Assembly: GCA_949373075.1 (NCBI GenBank)
Contig: CASIBX010000002.1
Span: 1,019 to 65,018, forward strand
Reading direction: 5' to 3'
Origin: Candidatus Poseidoniaceae archaeon
Lineage (GTDB): Archaea > Thermoplasmatota > Poseidoniia > Poseidoniales > Poseidoniaceae
DNA: 64,000 bases
This document shows positions 48,801-58,465 of this stretch, piece after piece. The first letter of the stretch is position 1. Every line of letters starts with the position of its first letter. The position numbers and the translations under genes were made by a program. Below the pieces are notes generated by a model, which was given only the letters and a program-made list of their open reading frames with translations, had not been told where the DNA came from and searched no databases.

Positions 48801-49996
48801 TAGATTGGGATGGTGAAACAGATGTTAGAGTAAATCTTACAGCAATAAACCCGGGCCAATCTTCACTTCTCGAAGGTGCTACAATAATTTGGACCGCGTA
48901 TAATAGTACAACTAATTCGACCTCGACAGATACTGCGCAAATCGGTAATGGCTTCAGCCAATTCTTGGTTAATTTCCCTGATGGAGGAACATTATTTGTC
49001 AACTTGAGTGAACCATCTTGGGTCGATGTGGAAAGTAATAGTATCGAAATTTCATTAGTAACATATGGCAGTATTATTGAGGAGAATGAGACTGAAGGGA
49101 ATGAAACTAATGAAACAAATTGGTCCCCTGAAGTTATGGAAGATTTGGTAGTAGATTGTGGCGATGTAGTAATCGACCCTGCCGAAGACCAAGAGGTCGA
49201 TTGTACCATTACAAACCCCAATAATTACACGATAGATGTATCATTGGAAGCAGATGGTTGGTCCAATTGGCCAGCATACATCGAGTTCAATCCTTCACCA
49301 GGCCAGAGTGAATTTAGTTTAGAACAGTTCGCAAGCGTCTCAATTGAAATTAGAGTTGACATAATTCAGAATTTATCAGAGGCTGGATTAACAAATGGTA
49401 AATTAGAAATTGATTTACGGCAGGGGCCTAGTGATTATATGACTCCTGGCGATAAGCCTTTGACCATTGAAGTTCAATGGACTTTGAAGGGTCAAGATAT
49501 AGTTGTAGAGCCGGAACCTGAAGAAAACAATACTGGAAAAACTTCTACTAAACCAGAAGATACTTCTGGCAATGCAATGCTATACATTGGCGGAATTAGC
49601 GCTATTGCAGTAATCGGATTAATTGTGTTCATAGTCTTAAGGATTAGAAATAACGATCTCGATGATTGGGGCGAAGAAGATTTAGATTTGGAACCAGAAT
49701 TAGATAGTGACCGAATGTCTAAACCATTACCAGTTGGCGTAGCGCTTGATGAATTTGAAGACAAGACTATCTCTGATGAAACTCCGGACAAACCGGATTT
49801 CATAAATGACTTTGATACCGAAGATGAATACATCGAAGAGTTCGAAGAAGACCTAGAAGTAGAAAACGAAGAAGTTACAGAAGAAGAATCGGGTATTACA
49901 GTTGATGAACAAGGTACTGAATGGTATGAAGACGAAGTCGGCGTTTGGTGGTTCCGAGACGAAGGCCAAGAAGATTGGTCAGAATTCGTTGAGTAA
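45875..49996 (+). CDS. large (1373 aa) type I membrane surface protein with FG-GAP/integrin-alpha-like Ca-binding beta-propeller repeats and an acidic cytoplasmic tail
   Basis: A signal peptide, then repeated DxDGDG(V/L)xD(L/V)V units (DIDGDGLPE, DVNGDGVEDVV, DVNHDGSDDIV, DLDGDGDLDLIGL, DFDNDGVLDLL, DMDGDGVIEQIV, DADGDGNVEM). Fibronectin/Ig-like beta domains follow, then a TM helix LYIGGISAIAVIGLIVFIVL and a roughly 115 aa E/D-rich tail. Confidence 0.7.
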   Translation: MKRVSPILIMLLLLGSCIPIGIVSASGESSTISTFTGGFASKAVSLQGGVTDSNSTIEIPRNVTFNAASFDVEIDQSDASPGQVWIDLNEDGVFEWEFTGTGYGNIGHQNQFYDGNDWASFTGNAGTTSTPGILLPSSSSLQSSNLNISFSPRASGGFYSIGEFQEVTESDIDGDGLPEPIFLSAINSTNSTSFQWADWAANGGITISNSVSTCDNATSLATGDVNGDGVEDVVTFSTIANQACVHIMNSTGFDPVLNVSMSDGLLDGKLGDVNHDGSDDIVTIHSQGVLSLRTWDNVSGGLTTAITETISPNGSQGMPATLVSVHVEDFSANGSVSVLVKDLMGHWTNWNITSNYWAGPLTAFDNIQQNEIIVDLDGDGDLDLIGLNDQGFALLVNNGTQWNATTTQGQIDMINSTIADFDNDGVLDLLTPNPGFSDGTPSTLEGNITYRSINESSAGSQSVAVLEPWSIPTSIIAMDMDGDGVIEQIVSAGEGTMGVFISGWHNVELDADGDGNVEMSRIGYAGDSSNGLGPLTLFDDADGLRDDIVPIFGSMPFTTDAYGISMINYSMDIESTGVGEFNLTNLDFGYDCTFFVEGNPHASANLTNVINQGMTGGVGTYSLAIPVNSSSPGQITLTNVIAIHVPGAPNLALPTTPTLSLVSTSSEEIELIWNDLIDFGSDLIRFEVYRLESANETISISDVYSESMINVAIDDNITVGATYWYAVRSVHIYGVTSNLSNLVQVTVPYPAPPGLVNGVILSDVDADSGGVLSVSWNHTTETADHYEVYLETSDFSTIIGLTSTATVTLSQNSTIITDLTDGQAYWATVVAVDQYGNTTNAVTAVGPAYPRNDIPEAVNLQINVSSEISLGSPFLLEISALVDQLPTTPTGTVLITMDTNTGAHLIGTSWDSIDLIDFAELGAFTSDIHGEVTFWANYSGHVGDVQNQPIASASSSVTSTVTIGAIFAAELSIYELDWDGETDVRVNLTAINPGQSSLLEGATIIWTAYNSTTNSTSTDTAQIGNGFSQFLVNFPDGGTLFVNLSEPSWVDVESNSIEISLVTYGSIIEENETEGNETNETNWSPEVMEDLVVDCGDVVIDPAEDQEVDCTITNPNNYTIDVSLEADGWSNWPAYIEFNPSPGQSEFSLEQFASVSIEIRVDIIQNLSEAGLTNGKLEIDLRQGPSDYMTPGDKPLTIEVQWTLKGQDIVVEPEPEENNTGKTSTKPEDTSGNAMLYIGGISAIAVIGLIVFIVLRIRNNDLDDWGEEDLDLEPELDSDRMSKPLPVGVALDEFEDKTISDETPDKPDFINDFDTEDEYIEEFEEDLEVENEEVTEEESGITVDEQGTEWYEDEVGVWWFRDEGQEDWSEFVE

Positions 49997-50010
49997 TTTT
50001 CGTAATACCT

Positions 50011-50781
50011 TTGAATGAGGGGCGCAGAGGATTTCACATGGCAGACCAAGCATCGTATGACCTTGTATTGCACAAGGACGCCAACCCTAGTACTGGCGGA
50101 GTCGCGATATGCGGCTTTTCAACAGTTGGAATGGTTGGAGTAATCGCTGCCTCTCATGTAATAAGCCAACTTAAATTGAGTCAATTAGGAACCGTTCTTA
50201 ACCCGGAATTTCCCGCTATGGCATTGATTCACCATGAGGTTCCAAAACACCCAGTTCGAGTCTATCAAGGCAAGGGCGTGGGTGTTTTTACTGCTGAGGT
50301 GAGATTTGGTCCTGAACGTGACGTTCTATTTGCCAACACTGTATTGGGCTGGTTTACCAAAGGCGGATTTGACCAATTGATTGTTATCGATGGTGTTGCT
50401 CGAGAAAACCTTGACGACAGAGAAGACTCACTTTACGGAGTAAGTTCATCCAAAGTTGGAAGGGACCGATTAAAGAAAGCAGGAATAGAGCCAGTTAGAC
50501 AAGGAGTCGTCGCTGGAATTGCAGGGTACTTGATTGCTGAAGGGGACCGCTTAGGCCTTGATATAACTGCAATTTTAGCAGATTGTAATCCAATGTATCC
50601 GGATGCCAGAGCTGCAGCATTAGCAGTTGAAACCGTTAGCGATTTAACCGGAATCGACATTCCTCTTTCCTCTTTATTGGAAGATGCTAGAAGAATCGAG
50701 GACAGCGTTAGAGAAGTATTCGAAAACTCTCAAACAATGTTACCTGCGCCAGATGATGAATTAGATCCTTCATTCGGCTGA
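50011..50781 (+). CDS. PAC2-family protein, second paralog (proteasome assembly chaperone-like)
   Basis: Colinear with 37601..38398 (GFSTVGMVGVIAASHVISQL...HPVRVYQG; NPMYPDARAAALAVE versus ADPRFPDARAAAVIIQ). The C-terminus ends ...PSFG. Confidence 0.5.
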   Translation: MNEGRRGFHMADQASYDLVLHKDANPSTGGVAICGFSTVGMVGVIAASHVISQLKLSQLGTVLNPEFPAMALIHHEVPKHPVRVYQGKGVGVFTAEVRFGPERDVLFANTVLGWFTKGGFDQLIVIDGVARENLDDREDSLYGVSSSKVGRDRLKKAGIEPVRQGVVAGIAGYLIAEGDRLGLDITAILADCNPMYPDARAAALAVETVSDLTGIDIPLSSLLEDARRIEDSVREVFENSQTMLPAPDDELDPSFG

Positions 50782-52056
50782 CTTTGCAATTTTGAGAACC
50801 GTATCCCAGTCTGCATCGGTTGCGAACATCGCTTCAGGCATGTGGCATCTAGCCATACGATACCCTGCATCTTCAAGCCCCGACTTCATCTTCTTCATCG
50901 AAGGAATTTGTCCCACTCCAGCAGCAACACCTAGGCTGTCAACTGCAACCAACAAGTGTTCTCCTGAAAGTAATTCAGCCGATTGTGAGATGTACCTAAC
51001 AGACCTTTCAATTTCTCTTTGCGAATGTTCGATATCAATATCGTTCCATTCTTCAGGTAAATCCTCAGGCCTTCCTGCACACAACTCTATCGCCCTCTCA
51101 ACGGTCATCCTACCTGCAATTTCACTATCACAGAGAGGCCCAGTCCACATCGGTCCAGAGTAATCTCTTTCGGGCTGTTTAGCGAAATGATACGGTTCTG
51201 ACCTGATTCGGTAGCCGATATTATCCTGCCAATCAGTCGCTTCTTCTTTCGAACGCTTAAGAAGAACAGTAACGCGAACATGGTGGCCATCAAACAGAGA
51301 AAGAATTGGGTGAACCGATTTGTCATGCATTGCAGCAATACGTGCAATTGTTCCAAGTAGAATTCTAGTAGCGTCATCATGCATGTAATAATCCGTTATT
51401 CCTACAGAGCCATATCTTCGCAAAGCACTCGTTTTCGCAGAGCCACATAATGCTGCGGTATCGGTTGCAGTAACTTCGAGAACCCCAACTCTAGAAATCG
51501 ATTGAATCGCTGAATCTAGAAAATTAACCGGTGAACCAAATGGGTCCAAGTCAATCCATTGGTAAGGCGCTTGTACCATCAATCGGATCGCATCACCTTC
51601 TATCCAATGTATTCCATCCTCTACAACGCCCTCCTGTTCACGAGCGAATCTACTTGGTTCTGGAGTCCATTCTAATTTGTCACCTACTGGGTGAACACGA
51701 TGCGACTCTTTCGCCCATTGTAATGCTTCAGAGTCCAAATCATTAGCAGTGATTCTCAATCTGTCTTGGAATGGAATTTCCTTTCTCCATCTTCTTGGGC
51801 GGACTCCTGTTGCGCAAAGAGCATCTAGGGCACGGATGGTTTTTCCTTCTGGAACCAACCAATTATTTTCTATTGCATCTGCTAAAAGCATCACTGAACG
51901 TGTTCTAGCGGGCGCCATGGCAGGATTTAGGAAACCTTCTCCTGTCTTTGCAGCGGGGCCTCTTGGCATATGTGAAGGTCTAGTTTGATGACTACGAAGG
52001 TGGACAGAAGTTCTTCCTTCTAACCAGATATGACCTGGCCAGTCTTTTGGTTCCAT
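50770..52056 (-). CDS. trm1: tRNA (guanine26-N2)-dimethyltransferase Trm1
   Basis: A Trm1-family DLDPFGSP SAM-binding motif; overall length and conserved C-terminal region. Confidence 0.7.
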   Translation of the reverse strand: MEPKDWPGHIWLEGRTSVHLRSHQTRPSHMPRGPAAKTGEGFLNPAMAPARTRSVMLLADAIENNWLVPEGKTIRALDALCATGVRPRRWRKEIPFQDRLRITANDLDSEALQWAKESHRVHPVGDKLEWTPEPSRFAREQEGVVEDGIHWIEGDAIRLMVQAPYQWIDLDPFGSPVNFLDSAIQSISRVGVLEVTATDTAALCGSAKTSALRRYGSVGITDYYMHDDATRILLGTIARIAAMHDKSVHPILSLFDGHHVRVTVLLKRSKEEATDWQDNIGYRIRSEPYHFAKQPERDYSGPMWTGPLCDSEIAGRMTVERAIELCAGRPEDLPEEWNDIDIEHSQREIERSVRYISQSAELLSGEHLLVAVDSLGVAAGVGQIPSMKKMKSGLEDAGYRMARCHMPEAMFATDADWDTVLKIAKSAE

Positions 52057-52065
52057 ATTTAGACC

Positions 52066-53190
52066 TCAATAATGTTCGAAAACAACGTCAGGATTAGAGT
52101 GAGTTACCTTATGTCCATTATCGACTACTTTTCCAATAATTGCACACCCTTCCATTCTTTGTGTTAACCATGAACATACTTCATCAGCAACACTCGAATC
52201 AACTGCGATAATCATTCCACATCCCATGTTGAATGTTCTGTGCATTTCTCTATCTGTGACATTTCCTTCTTGTTGAATCCAATTAAATTCAGGAAGTATG
52301 GGTAGAGGTGAATCGATATGCCAACCCAAGGAGCCGTGTAGGCGTAGAAGATTGGAAAGCCCACCGCCTGTGACATGGCATATCCCATGAATCAAACTTG
52401 AATCACAAGGGCCATCTTGAATCAAATCTACCACTGGGTCACAATATATCCGGGTTGGATTTAGGAATACTTCACCCAAAGTAATACTGCCTTCAGCGAA
52501 TCTTTCAATTCTACTTTCATCGACATCGAATGGAGCAGCATCTTCCCATGAAGCGCCACAATGCGAAACAACATTTCTCACAAGAGAATAGCCATTTGAG
52601 TGAACTCCAGAAGCAGGCATACCAATCAGGATATCGCCATTCTTGAGGTTTGCACCAGTAATCTCGCTACCTTTTGCTAACCATCCAAGGGCAGTCCCTG
52701 ACAGGTCAAGTTCAGTAACAATTCCTGGAAGGCTTGCGGTTTCTCCTCCGGCGAGAGTAACTCTTGCTCGTCGGCATGCTTCAGCTAAACTCGCTCCAAG
52801 CGCAGCATGAACCTCTGGGTCGGGCTTTGGAACAGCGATGTAATCTACAAATGCTATCGGTTCAGCACCAACGCACAGCAAATCATTGACATTCATTGCC
52901 ATACAATCTATGCCAACACCGGCCCATTGATTCAGTTTAGTGGCAATTGATAATTTGGAGCCAACTCCGTCTGTTGCCAGAGCGAGGTAATTATCTCCAA
53001 ACTCTACAAGTCCACCGAATCCTCCCGGCAAATCCACTGGTGCGCCAGGTGTTCCCGGTTTCCTTACCGAACGGGATAATGCGCCTACTAGGGCGCCTAC
53101 GGCATTACCTTCAAGGTCGATGTCGACACCACTGCCGGCGTAATCTAGACCTTCTGCCATATCTCTTGCCACCCGCGCCACTCTCATCAT
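52066..53190 (-). CDS. purM: phosphoribosylformylglycinamidine cyclo-ligase (AIR synthetase, PurM)
   Basis: An N-terminal AGSGVDIDLEGNA segment (PurM AGVDIDAGN motif) and the PurM-like N- and C-domains. Confidence 0.7.
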   Translation of the reverse strand: MMRVARVARDMAEGLDYAGSGVDIDLEGNAVGALVGALSRSVRKPGTPGAPVDLPGGFGGLVEFGDNYLALATDGVGSKLSIATKLNQWAGVGIDCMAMNVNDLLCVGAEPIAFVDYIAVPKPDPEVHAALGASLAEACRRARVTLAGGETASLPGIVTELDLSGTALGWLAKGSEITGANLKNGDILIGMPASGVHSNGYSLVRNVVSHCGASWEDAAPFDVDESRIERFAEGSITLGEVFLNPTRIYCDPVVDLIQDGPCDSSLIHGICHVTGGGLSNLLRLHGSLGWHIDSPLPILPEFNWIQQEGNVTDREMHRTFNMGCGMIIAVDSSVADEVCSWLTQRMEGCAIIGKVVDNGHKVTHSNPDVVFEHY

Positions 53191-54194
53191 GATGTCGATT
53201 GAATCTTAGATGCAATCCAAGGCAGCGAAAGGTCTAGTCTGTGGTCGATTCCACTATGTGTCCCAGGGAATTCTTCCCACTCATGCTCAATATCTAATTC
53301 TAACATTCTAGAATGCAGTTGGCGTAATCCATATTGGATATTGTATTGGTCAGAATCTCCCACATCAATCCAGCAAGCAGGTAATTCTCGATATTTTTCG
53401 ATCATGTTTAGTGGGTCCCAAGATTTCCAATCAGCCCATTTATCATCGTCAAAAATACAATTTGCATTTACAGGTAGGGTTCCGTCGCTATATGTTGCAG
53501 CCATTGCTAGAACCATCAATGTGTGAAAATCATCACCTTTCAGTGATGGAGTATTCTTGACATATTGTAGAAATTCTTCAACGCCTCCATGATGGCCAAT
53601 TTGAGTTAGGGTACTACCCATCTCAATACCAAATAAGACTTCGAAACCACAATCTCCCGAATGGCAAGCCACCGCATCCCAGCAATCATCCATCATGCCT
53701 CTAACCAATGCTCCATATCCTCCGCTAGACTTTCCGACAAGTCCGAAACCACTTACATCATATCTTGAGTTAATGGCTTCTCGTAGGTCTTTACTTAGCC
53801 ATTCTCCCCAGTTTCCTATAATTTTAGAATCGATGAATTGGTTACCTCCAAGAGAAGTGAAGGTATCTGGCATAACTAGTATCGAAGGCGGCATTAGGCC
53901 ATCTCTGACCAGACGTTCATGCCTCTGAGGTAAGGTTTCACTAAACGCTCTCCAATTTGCTCTAGCAAAACCTGTCCCAGTGAACGGTGCGAGATATATT
54001 ATGCAAGGCAAAGGGCCCTCTCCGTTAGGAGGTATGTGGACCATTACTTCTCGTTCAATCGGGTCTCCAAGTTCATTTTCTAAATTAGAAGAAGAAAATG
54101 CGAATCTTTCTAAAATTCCTCTGATGGGTTCAAAAGAGTGGGCCGGCATGAACCTGCGATGGGCTTCATAGAGATGTGCTTGGCGGTGTTCCAA
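53187..54194 (-). CDS. putative esterase (alpha/beta hydrolase, esterase-D-like family)
   Basis: G-x-S-x-G nucleophile elbow in LVGKSSGGYGA. The size fits the alpha/beta fold. There is a 4 nt overlap with purM. Confidence 0.55.
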   Translation of the reverse strand: MEHRQAHLYEAHRRFMPAHSFEPIRGILERFAFSSSNLENELGDPIEREVMVHIPPNGEGPLPCIIYLAPFTGTGFARANWRAFSETLPQRHERLVRDGLMPPSILVMPDTFTSLGGNQFIDSKIIGNWGEWLSKDLREAINSRYDVSGFGLVGKSSGGYGALVRGMMDDCWDAVACHSGDCGFEVLFGIEMGSTLTQIGHHGGVEEFLQYVKNTPSLKGDDFHTLMVLAMAATYSDGTLPVNANCIFDDDKWADWKSWDPLNMIEKYRELPACWIDVGDSDQYNIQYGLRQLHSRMLELDIEHEWEEFPGTHSGIDHRLDLSLPWIASKIQSTS

Positions 54195-54318
54195 TGGAAG
54201 CCACTGGAGGTCGTGTAATGCGTTTAGTTTCCAGTGGAAATGATGGGGAAGAAAAATCTCTACTCAATCATTATAGGGGGTCGACAACGGCTCTAGATGT
54301 CCAGTCGGGGGAATTATT

Positions 54319-56433
54319 ATGACAATCCAAGAATTTGATTTGCCCGCAAGATGGCGTTCACTTTTGCTAGATAATTACAGTGAAGCAATTCACAATCTGG
54401 AAGTTTCATGGCCAGATGTTCAATCCCTTGAAGTCTCATACAGAGATATTGAAGCATTCGATCCTGATTTCGCTCTTTCAATCGTAGAGGAGCCAGAAAA
54501 CAATACTCAAGCAGCTAATCAGGCCTTAGGACTTCTACTCTCGGAACTAGGCTCACCTAGAATCGTAGCCTTTGTCCGAATTATCGAATTACCTTCTGAT
54601 GCTCATCGTACAGTTCGACAATTACGTAGTGAAGATTTAGGCTTGATGATATCTGTTGATGCCATTGCTACAAAGATTGGAAGAGTTCTTCCAAGAACAT
54701 ATGAGGGTTCATTTGTTTGTGTAGCGTGTGGCCATTCTACTAGGGTGAGTCAACCTAACGAGCAAGAACTAATCGAACCGATAGAGTGTTTCGAAGTTGA
54801 TGGGGGATGCGGTAGACGCAAAGGTCAAACTCGCTTCGTCCAAAGAGTCGAAGAATCAATTTTAATCGATACACAATTTATCGAGTTACAGGAGCCTCCT
54901 GAGAATCTACGTGGAGGTGTTCAACCAGAAAGGATACTATGTATTGCAGAGCATGATATAGCAGGCCAACTCAATCCTGGAGACCGAGTGACTGCTAATG
55001 GAATGTTATTCGTTCGTTCTCAGAGAAAGTCCGGAAAAGACACTCCTATTTTTGATATTTTCATGAGAATCCATAGCATTCAAAGAGAAAGTATTCCTCT
55101 TGAAGAGATTCAGATTTCCGATGAAGAAGAGCGTGAAATCAAGGAACTTTCTCGTCGTGACGACATCCATAAACTGTTGACTAATTCAATCGCTCCTTCC
55201 ATCTTTGGGATGGATAAACAGAAAGAGACACTAATGCTCCAACTATTTGGTGGAGTCGCATCAAAAGCGAAAGATGGAACTCGTCTTAGAGGCGACATTC
55301 ACATCTTACTGATGGGGGACCCGGGAGTTGCAAAATCACAATTACTATCCTACATGTCTCAAATTTCTCCACGTGGACGATTCACATCCGGACAGTCGGC
55401 TTCCGCAGCAGGATTGACTGCAGCAGCGGTTCAAGATTCAGCAGCAGACGGTCGCTGGACTCTTGAAGCGGGAGCGCTTGCTCTGGCCGACCTTGGTCTT
55501 GCTGCAATTGACGAATTCGATAAAATGAATGAAAACGATAGGTCTTCTATGCACGAAGCAATGGAGCAACAAAGAATTTCAATTTCAAAAGCAGGAATTA
55601 ATGCAACGCTATCCACGCGGTGTGCAATATTAGCTGCTGCTAACCCCAAAGCAGGTCGCTTCCAATCAGTATCTGAGATTCCGTTTACTCAGCAAATAAA
55701 TCTCAAACCAGCGTTAATTTCTCGGTTTGATGTAATTTGGTTGCTAACAGACCAACCGGAAGCCGACCACGATACAATGATCGCCAACCACATCATGACC
55801 AATCGTGCCAATTCAACGCCTGAGATTTTGATTGACCAAGGCAGTGCTGTAGATCCATCTAAATCTTCAGCCAATGATGGCTTAGATGAAGATAAAGGAA
55901 TCGTAAATCGTGAATTGATTAGGAAATATGTTGCCTTTGCTAAGAGAACAATCCATCCAATACTATCTTCGGATGCTCAAAACCTATTGCGAGAATATTA
56001 TGTTGAAACAAGGAGAAAGGGCGGCGAATCACATGATTCAATAGCCATTTCAGCAAGGGCAATAGAAGGTCTTTATCGCCTTGCTCAAGCATCAGCTAGA
56101 GTAAGACTTTCCGATGAAGCAACAATAGAAGATGCAGAGCGCTCAATTCGTCTAACAAAAACCTGGCGTCATGAATTGATGGGAGAAAATTTCGACGAAA
56201 CAACTCTTCAGTCAGGAAAGAAGGCAACAGCCCGAAATCGAGAAAGAATCGTCCTTGAAATCGTTCGAAGAATCCACGCCGAAACAGGCGATGTTGCCTC
56301 TCTAAATGATGTCTTAACTGAAGCAGGACGTAGTGACATCAGCAGAGATGTTGCTGAAGATCTAATCGATGTCTTATGCCGGGATGGAAGGTTGATGCGC
56401 CCCGGTGGTTATGAGACTCTACAGCCTGTATGA
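54319..56433 (+). CDS. mcm: MCM replicative helicase
   Basis: An N-terminal Cys zinc motif. Walker A GDPGVAKS, Walker B IDEFDKM and the arginine finger SRFDVIW. 704 aa with no intein. Confidence 0.9.
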   Translation: MTIQEFDLPARWRSLLLDNYSEAIHNLEVSWPDVQSLEVSYRDIEAFDPDFALSIVEEPENNTQAANQALGLLLSELGSPRIVAFVRIIELPSDAHRTVRQLRSEDLGLMISVDAIATKIGRVLPRTYEGSFVCVACGHSTRVSQPNEQELIEPIECFEVDGGCGRRKGQTRFVQRVEESILIDTQFIELQEPPENLRGGVQPERILCIAEHDIAGQLNPGDRVTANGMLFVRSQRKSGKDTPIFDIFMRIHSIQRESIPLEEIQISDEEEREIKELSRRDDIHKLLTNSIAPSIFGMDKQKETLMLQLFGGVASKAKDGTRLRGDIHILLMGDPGVAKSQLLSYMSQISPRGRFTSGQSASAAGLTAAAVQDSAADGRWTLEAGALALADLGLAAIDEFDKMNENDRSSMHEAMEQQRISISKAGINATLSTRCAILAAANPKAGRFQSVSEIPFTQQINLKPALISRFDVIWLLTDQPEADHDTMIANHIMTNRANSTPEILIDQGSAVDPSKSSANDGLDEDKGIVNRELIRKYVAFAKRTIHPILSSDAQNLLREYYVETRRKGGESHDSIAISARAIEGLYRLAQASARVRLSDEATIEDAERSIRLTKTWRHELMGENFDETTLQSGKKATARNRERIVLEIVRRIHAETGDVASLNDVLTEAGRSDISRDVAEDLIDVLCRDGRLMRPGGYETLQPV

Positions 56434-56473
56434 TACGATGCGCTCATATTCAGGTGTCAGCACAGGTGGTAAT

Positions 56474-58465
56474 ATGGAGCCGGAAGGTGATGTGGCAACT
56501 CCCGCACTACTCGACCCAGAAGGTCTCGGTTTCATGTGTGGAATCGAAGTCCATCAACAACTAGCTACTGGGAAATTACATTCTCGACAACCAGGACAAC
56601 TTCACGATATTACAATCGAAACTTTGCCCAGCGATTGGCCGCAATTTCATCGCCGTCTACATTCGGCTAGAGGCGAAGGCGGAGCGATTGATGTTGCTGC
56701 AAGATTTGAATCTCGTCGAAACCGTTCTTTCGTATATTGTCAGGCTCCAAATTCAGGACTTATCGAACTGGATGAACAACCACCTCTCCCCCATGATAAT
56801 GACGCATTAGATATCTCCCTAACAGTTTCAGGAATGATTGGAGCCCATCCAGTTCCCCTACTGCAGACCATGAGAAAAACAGTTGTCGATGGTTCAAACA
56901 CTAGTGGGTTTCAACGTACAACTCTTGTTGCAACCGCTGGCGTTCTCGAAACCGAAGGCGGCCCGGTTGGAATCGACGTACTTTGTCTAGAGGAAGACAG
57001 TGCCCGCAAACTGGATAGCCAATTAACTCCCGAAGGAGAAATCGTCACTTGGAACCTAGATCGCTTGGGCATCCCATTAATCGAAATCGCAACAGCACCC
57101 GATGTAAAAAACCCTGACCATGCTAAACAAACTTCCATTGCATTAGGGCGAACTCTGCGTGATACTCGTCGTGTTAGGAGGGGGTTAGGAAGTATTAGAC
57201 AAGACCTCAACGTTTCGTTAATGTGTGGAGACAGAGTTGAAATTAAGGGTTGTCAGGATTTAGATTGGATTCCTAAAATCATTCGATGCGAAATGTCTAG
57301 ACAACTCCACTTTTACCGATTAGCAAACAAATTACGCAGTTCAAATCAATTGCCATTGTTAACCCCCGATAGGAGAATTGAATCCTCTGATGTCTCTGGC
57401 GAAGTATCAAAAATCCTGAAATTGCAACTTGTTGATGTGAGTTCTTCATTCGAATCTTGTGAATCTAAAATGGTAAAGTCAGGCCTAGAATCTAATTCCA
57501 TAATGTTAGCATTGCCTCTTCCTGGATTTAATGGCCTAATCGGAGTCAAAGAATTTGATGCAGACGGTGCACAAATGCCTCGTCTCGGCAGGGAATTAGC
57601 CGGTGCTGCCAAACTAGCAGGCGTCGCAGGAGTATTCCATTCAGATGAATTACCAGCATATGGTATTGAACAGGAATTCGTCGATGCTACACGTGAACAG
57701 TTGAATGATGCAGACGCATTTGTATTGTGTCTAGCACCTAGGTGGCAAGGCGAACTTGCGTTAGAAAGTGTCCTCAATAGAGCAAGGATGGCTTTCGATA
57801 GGATTCCTCAAGAGGTTCGTAATGTTGTAATCAAGAAAGGCTCACCTGAAGATGGAACAACAACGCCAATGCGCCCATTACCGGGTGGTGCTAGGATGTA
57901 CCCTGAAACAGATATTCCTCCTTTACAAATCACAACTCATCGGTGGCAGAATATTTTAGAGAATTTGCCTATGACTCAAAGTGAAAGGCTTGCTAGACTC
58001 CACACGTTTGAGATTAGTGCAGACCAGAGCAAGCAACTTCTATCTAGAGAATTAGACGACCATTTCGTAGCCCATAACCAAGGTTTGCCTCCAAAAGCAT
58101 GGGCCACAATGCTTCTAGAAAACAACGGAGATATTGGCTTGATGGCTTTGGTACTTGCAGCTAAAGAAGCAGGTCATGTAACTCGTGAAGGAATGACAAA
58201 TCTCATCGAAGAGTTCACAGGCATGAATCCTAGTATGGATGAACTGGCCATCAAAGCAGAGGAATTAGGAATCAAACCAGCAGATTCTGGAGACTTACTT
58301 TCAATCGTTGAGAAAGTAGTAGCCAGCCGAGTCGATTTCGTGAAAGAACGTGGAATGGGCGCTTTGGGTCCACTGATGGGATTAGTGATGAAAGAATGTG
58401 GCGGGGCTGCTGATGGTAAACAGGTCAGTGCGCTATTGCGAGAAGTTATCATGAGGCATGCATGA
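56474..58465 (+). CDS. gatE: Glu-tRNA(Gln) amidotransferase subunit E (archaeal GatE)
   Basis: An N-terminal GFMCGIEVHQQL...GKLHS segment (GatE/GatB family) and a C-terminal GatB/YqeY-like tail. I chose an internal Met start; the track ORF starts at 56405, inside mcm. Confidence 0.75.
   Translation: MEPEGDVATPALLDPEGLGFMCGIEVHQQLATGKLHSRQPGQLHDITIETLPSDWPQFHRRLHSARGEGGAIDVAARFESRRNRSFVYCQAPNSGLIELDEQPPLPHDNDALDISLTVSGMIGAHPVPLLQTMRKTVVDGSNTSGFQRTTLVATAGVLETEGGPVGIDVLCLEEDSARKLDSQLTPEGEIVTWNLDRLGIPLIEIATAPDVKNPDHAKQTSIALGRTLRDTRRVRRGLGSIRQDLNVSLMCGDRVEIKGCQDLDWIPKIIRCEMSRQLHFYRLANKLRSSNQLPLLTPDRRIESSDVSGEVSKILKLQLVDVSSSFESCESKMVKSGLESNSIMLALPLPGFNGLIGVKEFDADGAQMPRLGRELAGAAKLAGVAGVFHSDELPAYGIEQEFVDATREQLNDADAFVLCLAPRWQGELALESVLNRARMAFDRIPQEVRNVVIKKGSPEDGTTTPMRPLPGGARMYPETDIPPLQITTHRWQNILENLPMTQSERLARLHTFEISADQSKQLLSRELDDHFVAHNQGLPPKAWATMLLENNGDIGLMALVLAAKEAGHVTREGMTNLIEEFTGMNPSMDELAIKAEELGIKPADSGDLLSIVEKVVASRVDFVKERGMGALGPLMGLVMKECGGAADGKQVSALLREVIMRHA

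Noticed and set aside
54195-54318. Possible replication origin in the divergent intergenic region upstream of mcm
   Set aside because: Archaeal origins are typically adjacent to orc1/cdc6, not mcm. I saw no ORB-like repeated elements or pronounced AT-rich unwinding element in this 124 nt spacer.
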